From Octopus vulgaris (taxonomy: Eukaryota), in NCBI GenBank assembly GCA_951406725.2, contig OX597830.1, forward strand, positions 62,930,001 to 62,994,000: 64,000 bases of DNA. Reading direction: 5' to 3'. The notes below the pieces were generated by a model. That model was given only the letters and a program-made list of their open reading frames with translations, was not told the origin of the DNA and did not search any database. Below, one piece after another: positions 37,959-51,255 of the stretch. Positions within the stretch are counted from its first letter, which is position 1; every line of letters starts with the position of its first letter. Position numbers and translations under genes: made by a program.

Positions 37959-38055
37959 TTTCTTCTTCTTCTTCTTCTTCTTCTTCCAATTCTTCTTCTT
38001 CTTCGTCTTCTTCTTCTTCCTCTTCTTCTCCTCCTCCTTCTTCTCCTCCTTCTTG
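37740..38055. repeat. (CTT/TTC)n pyrimidine tract
   Basis: ~300 bp of near-pure TTC/CTC repeats; source of the poly-S/F/L/E/R ORFs. Confidence 0.95.
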
Positions 38056-38374
38056 TGTCCTCCTTAGGAGTGAATTAGATTCTTTTTTCTCCAAATAGAA
38101 ATCTCAGAGGCAACAAGTAGCTGGAACAAAGCTGTCAATCAATATAAATGTGTGTGTATGTGCAAATCTGTGTATGCATGTATGCATGTATGTATGTATG
38201 CGTGTGTGTGTGGGGGGGGGGGTGTTGTATGTATGGTTGTATGCATGCATGTGTGCAATTGTATATGTAGCTGTCTAACTGTATATGGTTGTAGTAGTGT
38301 CTTCGTGGCCATGTGTATGTTGGCTGTGCATATGTTTTTATGTAACCATACACGTGCTCATTTGTACCGCACAC

Positions 38375-38405
<31 letters not shown>

Positions 38406-38825
38406 AAGAAACCATTCCTGCTAGCTAATAACCTGATTATCATTATAATGGTAACGATAATGTAGGCAGGTCAGTTCCTGCTATCTGTTCGAGAGAGGTA
38501 ATTGGAGATATTTCATTAATATTGCTAATGGGTGTGTCAATTACAACCACCATTGCCACCACCACCACCACCCTCACAACCACCACACCCACCACCATTG
38601 CCACCACCACCCTCACAACCACCACACCCACCACCACCACCACTACCACTGTTGCTGCCACCAGCTCCCTAATATACCATCACACATTCATTGTCTTTTT
38701 CTATTTTTCTTTCTAAAAGATTCTGCATCATGTTTTGTTGTGTATTGAATATATACACACACACATCTCTCTCTTTCTGTGTGTGTGTGTAATCATGTAT
38801 GTTTATATAATCATATATGTATATA

Positions 38826-39056
38826 AGGCGGTGAGCTGGCGGAACTGTTAGCACGCCGGGCGAAATGCGTAGCCGTATTTCGTCTGCCGTTACATTCTGA
38901 GTTCAAATTCCGCCGAGGTCGACTTTGCCTTTCATCCTTTCGGGGTCGATAAATTAAGTACCAGTTACGCACTGGGGTCGATGGAATCGACTTAATTCCT
39001 TTGTCTGTCCGTGTTTGTCCTCTCTGTGTTTAGCCTCTTGTGGGTAGTAAAGAAAT
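38826..39056 (+). mobile_element. SINE family B, young copy
   Basis: Full length with CpGs intact. Similar copies at 58387-58619(-), 1987-2200(-) and 41718-41985(-). Confidence 0.85.
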
Positions 39057-39080
39057 ATATATGTATATATAGTCCTATAA

Positions 39081-39118
<38 letters not shown>

Positions 39119-40935
39119 GTCCTATACATATATATGCATTTATGCATATATGTGAAGGCACATGGCTCAATGGTTAGAATGTTGGGCTTATGATCATGAG
39201 GTTGTGAGTTCAATTTCTGGATTGGGCTTTAATATTGTTCCAGTTCACTGAGCTGTATCGGCCTTTGCCTTTCCCTTGGATAACATCAGTGACATGGTGA
39301 AGGGGAGGCTGGTATGCATGACCAACTGTTGGTCTTCCAAAACAAACTTACCTGGACTTGTGCCTTGCTGGAGAACTTTTTAGGTGCAATCCCATAGTCA
39401 TTTGTGACCGAAGGGGTCTTTTTTTTTATTACTACTTTTTATATATATATTCATACAAACATATTATATATACATACACACACACACACATATACATACA
39501 TACAAATCGTAATTATATCTGTGGGGCAGCTGAAGATGGAGGTATGTTGAATTGTTGGTATGGCTGCTCTTGTGTATGAGGAAGAGTATTATAACATATC
39601 CTTATATATATATATATATATATATATAATTGGAGGTTAAAATAGCCTCATTAAGGGACAGTAATACCCTAATAACCAATGAATTACTGTTTCATTGCCT
39701 AATATTTTTTTGCATCAACATGTATAGCCAGTCTTGAAAACACTGATAAAAATAAAGTCTTATATTGCAATTGATGAGGTAGATACAAAACAAGAAATCC
39801 ATTTTATGATGGAACAAACGGATAAACTGCAAACAGTTTACCAAAATACAAATAGCAATGTTTCCCTGGTCAATATTTAGTATGATGCACCTTTACTAAT
39901 ACAGCAACACTTTCCTTTCAGCTGTGACCCTATCCCTTCTCATCACTCCCTTATCCCCCATTCCACTCTTTATGTGTTTTTTTTTCTATTCAGTCTCCTT
40001 ACCAGCAACCCACATTTAGCTGCATATCTGTCTCTCTCTCCCGTCATGCTCATTCCTACTTTCTTTCTTACTCTGCTTCTCTCTGTGTGATCAATCTTTA
40101 ATGTTGCCGAGGACATGGCCCCATCTAGTGCTGGTGCTATGACAACATGCATCCAGTATGCTCTTTAAAATGGTTGATGTTAGGAAAGGCATCCCATTGA
40201 AGAAATAATGCCAAAAATGAGACATAAGATGGATATGTGGTCACCTGACTCATCTAGAAGGGTAGCAATTCCAAATAAGAATTGAATGAAATCATGACAA
40301 TCTGTCCAACCCATGCCTGTTTGGTAGGTGGACATAAAATCATTTCATATCTATCACCCTTGCTGGCATGTGTTGGATGTTTCTATAGGATCCAATGAGT
40401 TAGAAGTGTGCTTTGGCATGGTTTCAAAAGCTGGGTGCCCTTCCAAACACCAACTACTCAGTGTACTGAGTGCTTTGTTTCTGTGGTACCAGCACTAGTA
40501 AGGTTGCCTTTGTAATTCACAACACTAAAAACCCCCAAGACCGAGACAATGACAACAATAACAACTGGTTTGAATTAAAAACAGGATAAATTTCTGATGA
40601 TACGACACACAAATCAGATACAACATTGAACTGATGAGATAACCAATAGATCAATCAGTGGGAAAGAAAATTCAACAGTTATATAGCATTTAGGAACATG
40701 AGGGGGTAGTTACATATAGTTTAGAGAAATATAACAACTGACAGAAGGAGGTAGTGGTGATCATGATGGAGCATGTGTTGATGATGATGATGATATATGG
40801 GGGTTACACTTGTTTGATCTGAGACCTTGTTCTTTTAAACAAATTTAGGAACTCATAGAAAATTCTATATTCACTCTCTATAATAACAATCAACGGAAGG
40901 AGGAACAGGACATTTTGTGACATCAGATAGAACAT

Positions 40936-41350
40936 GTAGAGAGCATTCTTCTCTATTCAGCTGAAACACAAACTATGAAGAAGGAGTTTCAAAATTGCCT
41001 TGGTGATATGTAAGCCAGGCTCATCACAAAGGGGGTTCAAAACATCTCCCAGTGTGAGCAAAATGTCAAAGTAAAGATTTATGGATACATTCTACCCATC
41101 CTTATTACTCTTGGTAAATGAAGGGTAGGCTTTGGTGGCCAATGCTATCATACTGAATAACAAGGGGTGTCAGATATTGTATTCTGGAGACTTCTGTACT
41201 GTATCAGGGAACAAAGACCACTAAACTAATTGTTGTTATTGTCAGAGACATACGACAAGGAATTGAGGATCTACCAATGCTAATGGGAAGACAGATATTC
41301 AGATATTCCTGACACAGTATTGTGAGATACCTCTTAGCTGTAGCTGGTTG
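40936..41350 (+). pseudogene. Decayed RTE-clade LINE, ORF2 C-terminal region
   Basis: Translates VESILLYSAETQTMKKEFQNCLGDM*ARL...VQNISQ...KIYG..LPI...*RVGFGGQCYH...SDIVFWR. This resembles the RTE pattern ESILLYGSETWT...NISW...LYG.LP...RR.R.AGHC.R...LW, with several stops. Confidence 0.75.
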
Positions 41351-42477
41351 AAGAAGAAGGTGGAGGAGGTAGGACATGAAAACAATCAATTACAATTTGA
41401 AGAAACAGGATACATTATGAGCTGGTAAAATGCCAGTAGATTAAACTCATTGTAAAAAAATGTACAGTAGCAGAATAGCATTGGTTAGCGACACCAGATA
41501 GGTCGAACAAAATAATGAATTGACCAATGGTGAACAAAACAGCCGATGAACTGATGCCAACTGGAAAGCAGTTTAGAGTAACGGATACAGCTGACCAATG
41601 GAAACAAAGCCACCAATGAACTGACCAATAAAACCTATCAGCATGGCAGTAATTTATGCTGTAGATACAGTGTGTGCCAAGTAAAACATCATCATTATAA
41701 TATTAATAATAATAATAATCTTTTCTACTAAAAGCACAAGGCTTGAAATTTTGGGGGGAGGGAACAAGTTGATTACACAGACCCCATTGTGTCACTGGTA
41801 CTTAATTTATTGACCCTGAAAGGATAAAAGGTGAAGTCCACCTTGATATATTTTGAACTTAAAACATAAAGACAGATGAAATACCTATTTCTTTACTACC
41901 CACAAGGGGCTAAACACAGAGGGGACAAACAAGGACAGACAAACGGATTAAGTCGATTACATCGACCCCAGTGCATAACTGGTCCACAACAATATTTCAA
42001 ATTTTAGCGCAAGACCAGCAATTTCAAAGAGGTAGTAAGTCAATTACATCAACTCCAGTACAGGGATTGTTTTAATGTTCGACAATACATTCTTCTGTCA
42101 AATGTTTGAGAGGTTTATTCAGTTGCCACTTCATGCAGGCCAAGAAGCATTTTTTTTCATTCATTAGGTCAACCAACGACCACTGCAGCATCGACAAGAC
42201 ACCATGAAATCACTGGTGGCAATATCCTTCTGTCTTAGTAAAAGACAGGATGGTCATGTCTAGAATATCTTTGATCTCAGATCTGCTTTGTCAGAGCTGG
42301 TATGATCTGAGCAACAACAACAACACTTGAAATTGCAAAATGTGATGCAGTCCTTGACCTCAGTATTGTAGTATGACATGTCTCATATGTTGGTTCTATG
42401 AGTCACTGTGGTGTGTGTGTGTGTGTGTGTGTGTGTGCCAGATTGCACACACTGCACCCAAAATTACTACATGACAA

Positions 42478-42547
<70 letters not shown>

Positions 42548-43466
42548 TGTGTTTGTAGTGAAAGATGTCATTATGGATTATTCACTACAGTCGCTCTGAC
42601 TCAATCAGACATCAGATGATCAAAGACTGAGGCAGTATTTTAGACACTTCACTATCTTATGATTAAAAGAGACATGGGAAACAAACGTGTGTGTGCATGT
42701 GTATGTTATAAGTGTGTGTGTGTGTGGGTTTGTGTGTATATCTATCTCTATCTATCCATACACACACACATATATACAGAGAGAGAGGGAGGTAGCTAGC
42801 ATGTCTCTAGGAGAAGGTCCACTGATATAAAACCAGATATTCAGATATGCAGGGAATGGCACTGGACATTTTGGGGATCTTTTGCTTACACTTGAAATCA
42901 TGGCGCTCTCACATCCCTGAACCTGTGATCCATATTGGCACTAGATATCTTGACTTGTCTCTGAACCATGTCAACAGAGTAGAGATGGTCTCAGATGTGT
43001 TGTGCAAGCTGGAGGTTTCTGCCAGGTTCTGTGTCTGCTTTGGCATGGTTTCTACAGCTGGATGCCCTTCCTAATGCCAACCACTTAACATGATGTGCTG
43101 GGTGCTTTGTACATGGCACTAGCACAGTGAGGTCGCCAAGTATCCACAAGATATGACCCCTCAACTGAGTGGGAGAAAAAAAACTGTGATAGAGGGAGAG
43201 GAGCAGGTATTTTGATGAAGAGGTGAATACATGGCTTGCCCACCTGGGAAGTGAGGGAGAGAAAGAGAGAGTAAAAAAGAAGAGATGAAGAGCTGTGAGG
43301 TCCAGGTACAATGTGAATATATAAGACAGAATAGGATGGGAAATCTCTTTAAATATCAATTTCGAATTTGGCACAAATTGAGGGAAGGTATTATTTTATT
43401 GATCCTGAAAGAATGAAAAGCAAAGTTGACCTTGGCAGAACTCAGAACCTAAAGATGGATGAAATG

Positions 43467-43833
43467 CAGTGCAGGATTAACCCACTAAGCAAAATAAGTA
43501 CGTGCTTAGGGCATCAGGGGACAGGGGCACCACAGAAATGAAAATGGTCCATGGCACAAAGGAAATCACTTTAAACTTGCTAAAATACTATTTGTAATGC
43601 CTTACCTCTATAATATTTGTAATTTTTGGGGCCCTCAAGTATATGTAAATGCTTCAAAATGTAAACAAAAATAATTCAAAATGTAAACAGTAATAAACCA
43701 TAAAATAAATTTTTTATTTTTCTGTTTACATTTTGAATTATTTTTGTTTACATTTTGAAGCATTTACATATACTTGAGGGCCCCAAAAATCTTTTAAGTG
43801 CTTAAGGCCTTTATGCGTCTTAATCCAGCCCTG
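43467..43833. mobile_element. hAT-type MITE (367 bp) with perfect 8-bp TSD, inserted into a SINE
   Basis: TSD ATGAAATG at 43459-43466 and 43834-43841; imperfect TIRs CAGTGCAGGATTAA / TTAATCCAGCCCTG. Confidence 0.88.
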
Positions 43834-46639
43834 ATGAAATGTTACTGAACATTTTATCCAGCTTGCTGCTTTATAATCACTATAAATATTGATCTCAAAT
43901 TTTGCCATGAGGCCATTAATTTTGCGGGAAGGAGGTAACCCAATTGCGCCAACCCCAGTGTTAAGCTGCTACTTATTTTATCGGTCCCGAAAAGCAAAAT
44001 TGACTTTGGTGAAATTTGAACTGAGAACTTAAAGGTGGACAAAATGTCGCTTAGCATTTTGTGCAACACGCTAAAGATCTGCCAGGTCACTGCCTTAACA
44101 TCATCATCATCATCATCATCGTTATTTAACATCCATTGTCCATGTTGGTATGGGTTGGATGGTTTGACTGGGCTGGCATGCTGGAAGGCTGTGCCAGGAT
44201 CCAGTCTGATTTGGCATAATTTTCTACAGCTGGATGCCCTTCCTAACACCAACCACTCTGAGAGTGTAATGGGTGCTTTTATGTGCCACCGTCATGGGTG
44301 CCATTTGCATGACACTGGTATCTGCCAGGACAGCAATTTTGCTTGGTTTGATGGGTTTTCTTCTCAAGCACAATATAATGCCAAAGGTCTTGGTTGTTGC
44401 CTCTGTGTGGCCCAACACTCGAAAAAAGCTTGACCCATTTGCCTCCATGAGGCCCAATGCTCGAAAGGAACTCAGTCACCTCATCTCCATGAGGTCCTTT
44501 CAAAAGGAACTCAGCCACCTCAACTCTGTGAGGCCCATTCAAAAGAAACTCAGCCACTTTGCCTCTGTGAAGCTCAACACTCGAAAGGAAAGACCCAATA
44601 AATATTGATTTCAAATTTTGGCACAAGGCCAGCAATTTCGAGGGAGAGGGTAAGTCAATTACATTGACTCCAATGTTCAACTGATTCCTAGTTTATCGAT
44701 CCCCCCCCCCCAAAAAAAATGAAAAGTAAAGCTGAGCTTGGAATTTGAACCCAGTTCATAAAGATGGATGCAATGTCACTGAATGGATGCATGTTCAACA
44801 TGCTACTAATTCTACCAGCTCTACCAATCAGGATCTCTATAAATATTGAAACTAAATACACACGCAAACAAAAGACAATAAACTCTGAACAATGTTTACA
44901 ATATGTGTCTCTAAAACAATCCACCATATGTTTTTCTCTCTTTGTTTATGCTCCAGGTTTCCTATTTCCTCTTGTACCTGATGAAAATAGCTGGTGTATT
45001 TTTACCACCTCTGATCACATTCTGACTAAGTTCATTCTTTAATACCTAGGTGACCCTTCAACTGAAATAATTGATCTTGAAATAGTCCTGTAATTAGGGG
45101 CTTTTATAATATACCCTTGACCAGAAATAGTTGCACTAACATTTTTTTATAATCTATTAATATTATGGAATTATATATATGTGTGTGTATGTATGTATGT
45201 ATGTGTATATATGTGTCCCTGTATTGTATATATGGGTGTGTATATGTATATATTTGTTTGTATCTATATGTACATATATGTGTATAGATGATGAGTTGAT
45301 GGGTGCAGGTATCAGGATACTAAAATAGCATCGTGTGTGTGTGTGTGTGTGCTGATAAGAGTGAGTATATATTAGTGTATGTTTGTACTTTCTCATCTTG
45401 CCATCACATGATGGTTGTAAATAATGATGATGATCATCATCATCATATAAGTAATGTTATTTATGTCTTGTGAGGGGGGAAATTGATGATGATGATCATC
45501 ATCATATAAGTAATGTTATTTATGTCTTGTGAGGGGGGAAATATTACCTTAATTGGAAACAAGTGAAGGTTGGTTACAGGAAGGGCACCCAGCTGTAGAA
45601 AATCTGCCTCAGTGAATTCCATCTGACCCATGCAAGCATGGAAAAACGGACATTAAAGCAATGATGATTTATATAAATTCCACCAAAATTATAATAGCAT
45701 TTAACTGTCTTGTGCAAGGGTTCTCAAGTGGTTTCTTTTGGCATACCCCTTCATCATGTCTGGACAATGTTGGCATACCCCATGTGAAGAATATAGGGTA
45801 AAATGATTAGATACCTTACAACAGGCAATACATGCGTGTTATTAATTTAATTTTCAGTTCAAATTTCGCTGTGCTCAACTTTGCCTTTTGTTCTTCAGGG
45901 GTCAATAAAATAAAAATACCAGTCAAATATTTATTTGGATGGTATCAATGTGCACCTTTCTCTCAAAATTCTTGGCCCTGTATCTCAATCAGAAATTGTT
46001 TTAATTTGAATTTGAGTTCAAATCCTGCCGTGGTCAACTTTGCCTTTCATCCTTCTAGGGTCAATAGAATACCTGTCAAGTACTGGAACTGATAAAATTC
46101 ACTGTTTCCTTTGGTCTTGCATATTTTCTCTTTTCTTTTCTTTCTTTCATTTTTTTTTTTTACTTGTTTCAGTCATTAGACTGTGGCCATTCTGGGGCAG
46201 CACCTTGAAGATTTTTAGTCTAATGAATCAGCACCACCCCCCTGCCCTTTTTTAAAAAAGCCTGGCACTTATTCTATCAATTTCTTTCGCAAAACTGCTA
46301 AGTCATGGTGACATAAACACACCAACGCTAGTTGTGGTTGTCAAGCAGTGTAATGGGGGACAAACACAGTCATGGATACACACACATACACACACATGCT
46401 TGGCTGATTCATGCTATCTTGATTGGCATTTGTCAGATGATGTCAGAGATCAAAGCAGAGATAAATAACATTCACTTCATTACTTTTACATCGAGATAAG
46501 AACTTTGGGACAGATTGGCCAACTGTTGGAATTTAACTTGAGACTGGAACAATAGAATGATTGCATTACAGAATTAATTCTCATCGGCCCTTAAGCTCTG
46601 ATCAAACACCACCAGGGTGTATCAGTCATTATAAACATA

Positions 46640-46948
46640 TGTTGTTGCTTGTTCCTTCTCGAGCCATGCCTGGCTCATAGGGCCGGTTTCCTGGTTTCCT
46701 TGGCATATAGGTTCCCCACCTGGATGGGACACCGGTCCATCACAGGTGAGCTGCAAGATGCAGAAGGAAAGAGTGAGAGAAAGTTGTGGCAAAAGAGTCA
46801 GCAGAAGTTTTGCCGTTACCTTCTGTCGGAGCTGCGTGGAGCTTAGGTGTTTCGCTCATAAACGCACACATCGCCCGGTCTGAGATTCAAACCTGCGATC
46901 CCTCGACCACGAGTCCACTGCTCCAGCCACTAGGCCATGTGCCTCCAC
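46640..46948 (-). mobile_element. tRNA-derived SINE family F
   Basis: Minus-strand head GTGGAGGCACATGGCCTAGTGG...GGTTTGAATC and 3' motif CCTGTGATGGACCGGTGTCCCATCCAGG; related pieces at ~22360-22580. Confidence 0.7.
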
Positions 46949-47369
46949 ATAAACATATTATAGTCATGCAATTTACCTCTCTTTAGAAGTTCTAGTGTTT
47001 TTACAAACATTGTATAACCCTACACTTTCTCTTGTGTAGCCTAGGGATGCAAGCATCCTAGTTTAAAAACCCTGGAGTTAATGTAAGACTGATAGTTAAA
47101 TAAATACTATTTAAAAATTTACTGGGTTGGGTTTACTTTGATGATCTTAAATGGTGAAGAACATGATTCAGTTAAGTAATTGTGACACATTCAAAGATTG
47201 TTGGCAATTCACATGTTAGAAACCTCGACTCTACTAACGTATAAAGGTCACAATGGCTAATGTAGTCTAGGGTACACTATGCCTTGAAGAAGCAAGGTGA
47301 CCATCATATATTTGATATGATAGTTGTAACAATTGCAGGGTGGTCATCACTAGAATGCCTTTGGTCAGT

Positions 47370-47660
47370 TGTCATCTCAGTCAGCATTGACATCTGGTCA
47401 AAAGTCAACTTGATCAGGGTTGGCCTTTGGACATAGATCAGCTTGATTAGAGCTGACTTTCAGAAATAAGCCTGGACAGTCATGGTTGACCTTTGGTCTC
47501 GTCAACCCATTGAAGACTGACCTCTGGTCATAGGTCAACTCAATCAGGACTGACCTTTAGGCCAAAGACTAACTTTATCAGGGTTGACCTTTGGTCAAAG
47601 GTCAGCCTAATCAAAATTGACTTTTGGTCAGAGGTCATATCAAACAGGACTGACCTTTGG
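47370..47660. repeat. Degenerate ~30-bp minisatellite containing TGACCTTTGGTCA
   Basis: Repeated (g/a)(c/t)TGACCT(T/C)TGG(T/G)CA(t/a)AGGTCA units. Confidence 0.75.
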
Positions 47661-48029
47661 GCAACAATTTTCTTGATGCAGGAAGCTTTTCCAAATCTGC
47701 GCCATCTTGACTCATTTGCATAAATGTATTAATCTAGGACAGACCAATTAAGAAAGAAAAAACCCTAGTGTTTTAATGAAATAATTAAGTATAGCTTGGA
47801 CAGATTATCCCCCAATGTTTCTTTATATCATGTCACATGTTGAAGCTGGTTGTTATCCCATTGTCATGTGATAGAGGACAATAACACCCCCTCCCAAGCC
47901 CCCTGACTTTGCTCTGTAATGTTCTTATAGCCAGTGTGTGTGTGTGTGTGTATATGTGTACGTCTGCATATGTGTATATTCATATTTGAGTGTGTGTGTA
48001 TTTGTCTATTTTTATGTGTGTGGAAATGT

Positions 48030-48110
48030 ATATGTATCTGTGTATGTATGTATGTATATATGTCTGTATATATGTATGTATGTATGTATATATATATATA
48101 TGTATGTATG

Positions 48111-48143
<33 letters not shown>

Positions 48144-48144
48144 G

Positions 48145-48177
<33 letters not shown>

Positions 48178-48260
48178 GTATATATATATATATATGTATG
48201 TATGTATGTATATGTATGTATGTATGTATATATATATATATGTATGTATGTATGTATGTA

Positions 48261-48296
<36 letters not shown>

Positions 48297-48700
48297 TGTA
48301 TGTATATATATATATGTATGTATGTATGTATGTATATATATATATGTATGTATATATGTATGTATATATATATATGTATGTATATATGTATGTATATATA
48401 TATATGTATGTATATATGTATGTATATATATATATGTATGTATATATGTATGTATATATATATATGTATGTATATATGTATATATGTATGTATATATGTA
48501 TGTATATGTATATATGTATGTATATATGTATGTATATGTATATATGTATGTATATATGTATGTATGTATATATGTATGTATATATGTATGTATATATGTA
48601 TGTATGTATATATGTATGTATATATATATATGTATGTATATATATATGTATATATATGCATGTATATATGTGTGTGTGTGTGTATATATATGTATGTGTG
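48030..48700. repeat. Compound (TA)n/(TATG)n microsatellite
   Basis: Directly visible; source of the YI/MY/VC ORFs. Confidence 0.95.
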
Positions 48701-49099
48701 TATCTATGTCTGTATGTATCTGTGTGTACGTGTCTCTTCATTTGTGTCTGTTTATGTGAGTGTTTGTGTGTATATGTTAAGATGTGTGACTTGATCAGCC
48801 ATTGTGTGAGTGTGAGTAAATAACCTAGTTTGTGTGCCGTGTTATTATATAAGGGGCCACTAAGTATTGTGTGTGTGTGTGTGTACATGTATATATGTGT
48901 CTGTACACGCATGTCTGTGTGTGTGTGTGTGTGTGATTATTTACTGGAAGAAGTTTGTCAAGTGGAATAATTTTATTTATTTATTTTTTTCACTGAGAGT
49001 GTTTTGGACAGGATGGACAGGAACCAGAACAGAGATGTCTTGGGTTTCATTCTTGCGTTATGTGATAGCATTGACAGTTGTGAGTGTGTTTGTGTGTGT

Positions 49100-49622
49100 G
49101 AGAGAGAGAGTTGAGGGGAGGAGAAAGAAGGAGAGGAAGAATTAGAGGGAAAGGAGAGAGGGGAAGAATGAGAAGCAGAGAGCAAGAAAGGAAGAATGAT
49201 GGGGAATGAGAGAGAGGGAAAGAATGAGGGGAAGGAGTGAGAAAAGGAATGAGGGAAAGGAGTGAGAGAGGAAGAATGAGGGGAAGGAGTGAGAGAGGAA
49301 GAGTGAGGAGAAAGAGAGGAAGAATGAGAAGGAGAGAGAGAGAAAGAGAGGAAGAATGTGGGGGAAGGAGTGAGAAAAGGAATGAGGAAAGGAGAGAGAG
49401 AAAGGAAGAGTGAGGAGGAAAGAGAGGAAGAATGAGGAGAAAGCAAGGAAGACTGAGGGGGAAGGAGAGAGAGGAAGAATGAGGGGAAGGAGTGAGAGAG
49501 GAAGAATGAGAAGAAAGAGTGGAAGAATGAGGGGCAAGGAGAGAGAGGAAGAATGAGGAGAGAGAGAGAAAGAGGAGAAAGCGAGGAAGAATGAGGAGGA
49601 AGGAGAGAGAGAGAGAGAGAGA
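49100..49622. repeat. Purine-rich GA/GGAAGAATGA degenerate repeat
   Basis: Directly visible. A comparable pyrimidine-rich tract lies at ~11725-12095. Confidence 0.9.
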
Positions 49623-49760
49623 ACATGTGCTTGTATATGTGATTGATTGCCAGTCACCATGTATAGTATATCTGTGTTAGTGTGTGTGTGAGTGAGAGAG
49701 AGAGAGAGAGAGAGAGCGAGCATACCATTATATGTTGGTATATGGGAATTGTCAATCATT

Positions 49761-49801
<41 letters not shown>

Positions 49802-51035
49802 TGTGTGTAACAGAAAAAAAGAAGTAAACACATACTTAAAATACAAATAGACATCAACAAATAATACACATTCATTCATTCAACTCATTCAAGCAAAGAA
49901 AAACTGAGGTATCACCATCATCCTTGTCAGGCTCATCATCAACAATGATCCGTCGTTGTTGTTGTTGTTTGCTGCCAAGATCAGCTCTGATCCAGCAGAC
50001 ATTTTAATCAAAAGATTCTCAAGTGGTGGCCTTTTCGTTTTTGCCACCACATCTCCCAAAGACATAGCACATGAAGACACACACAAGTGCAACCCCCATC
50101 TGTATTTCTAAGAAGAAATTTTCCCCCGAGTTCATTCGTACCGGTTTATTAGTCTTCCAGCATTGGAAGGATTACTACATACTCAATGTGTGCTGTTTGT
50201 GTTGTTGCTTGTATCTGCATTCAACCGTCATCCAACAGACTTTAGTTGAAGTTATTCCATATGCAACCATTCCATATGCAACCATTCCATATGCAACCAT
50301 TCCATTTACTCATTCATAGTTTATCTCAGACTATCATTATCTGACATGTTTGGCACCACTGAAAAAACACCCATGCTGGTGCCATGTAAAAGAGCACTTG
50401 TGCCAGTGCTACATATAAAGTGCCCCTGCTGGCGCCACATAAAAAGCACCCTGTACACTCTGCAAAGTGGTTGGCATTAAGAAGGGCATCCAGCCAAAGA
50501 AACCCTGCCAAAACTGACAAATGGAGCCGGGTACAGCCCGTCGGGCTTGCCAGCTCTTCTCAAACCATCCAACCCATGCCAGCATGGTAAACAGACACTA
50601 AATGACTTTGATGATGATTTGAGAAAGATAAAGAGTTAGCTGTTATTTCTTACTGTAGTTCAAGAGACCACATAGAGGGTCTGAATAGAAGCCCCTACTG
50701 GATTGGGTAATATAAGCATTACGAAGACATACAGATAATAAACCTCTGTACGAAATTAGCTTCTGTTTAATTAATCAGCAAGAGTGGCAGGAGAAGTACA
50801 AAACAAAGGGTGAGGACATTTGTAGAACTCCATTCACTGAAAGAGAGCACTGAGCTACCAAAGGTATGAGAACCACAAACATAAAGGCTCCCTCATTAGA
50901 ACTTGCTTATTTCAGATAAGCTATTCATAGAAACAATGCAATGGCAATAATGAGATTTGAAATTATTCTGTTGTCAGTTATCCAATCATTAACTAGAAAC
51001 ACATAGATATACTTTCAATCCATATCGTGCATTAA

Positions 51036-51255
51036 CCCTTTGGCATCCAGATTAATCTGTCAAAAGTAATGCTTATTTAGTTACATTGCTTTCGATTAAT
51101 GATGCATTTTCTGGTAGCTTCAAGATTTCAGTGGTGTCTTGGTATATTTTTAGAATGACATTGTAGGGTAGGTGTGAGAGGTTGGATCAGGTCCATTTCA
51201 ACATAAAACAGGTAGAATATTTGGGCCAGATGTTGCTGAATTAAATGCTAAATTG
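51036..51255. mobile_element. TTAA-flanked MITE, family 2 (related copies ~62465-62668 and ~36160-36305)
   Basis: TTAA|CCCTTTGGCAT...ATGCTAAATTG|TTAA. The 62.5-kb copy ends ATGCTAAAGGG|TTAA. Confidence 0.6.

Noticed and set aside
37429-38098. Poly-Ser/Phe/Leu/Glu/Arg ORFs
   Set aside because: (TTC)n simple repeat.
47864-48912. Long ORFs (265-310 aa) in several frames
   Set aside because: Translations of the (TA)/(TATG) microsatellite; open simply because the repeat lacks stops.
49860-50320. Unique stretch with Inr-like TCATT motifs and a 15-bp x3 repeat (IPYAT)
   Set aside because: No splice donor, homology or other support for an exon or promoter.
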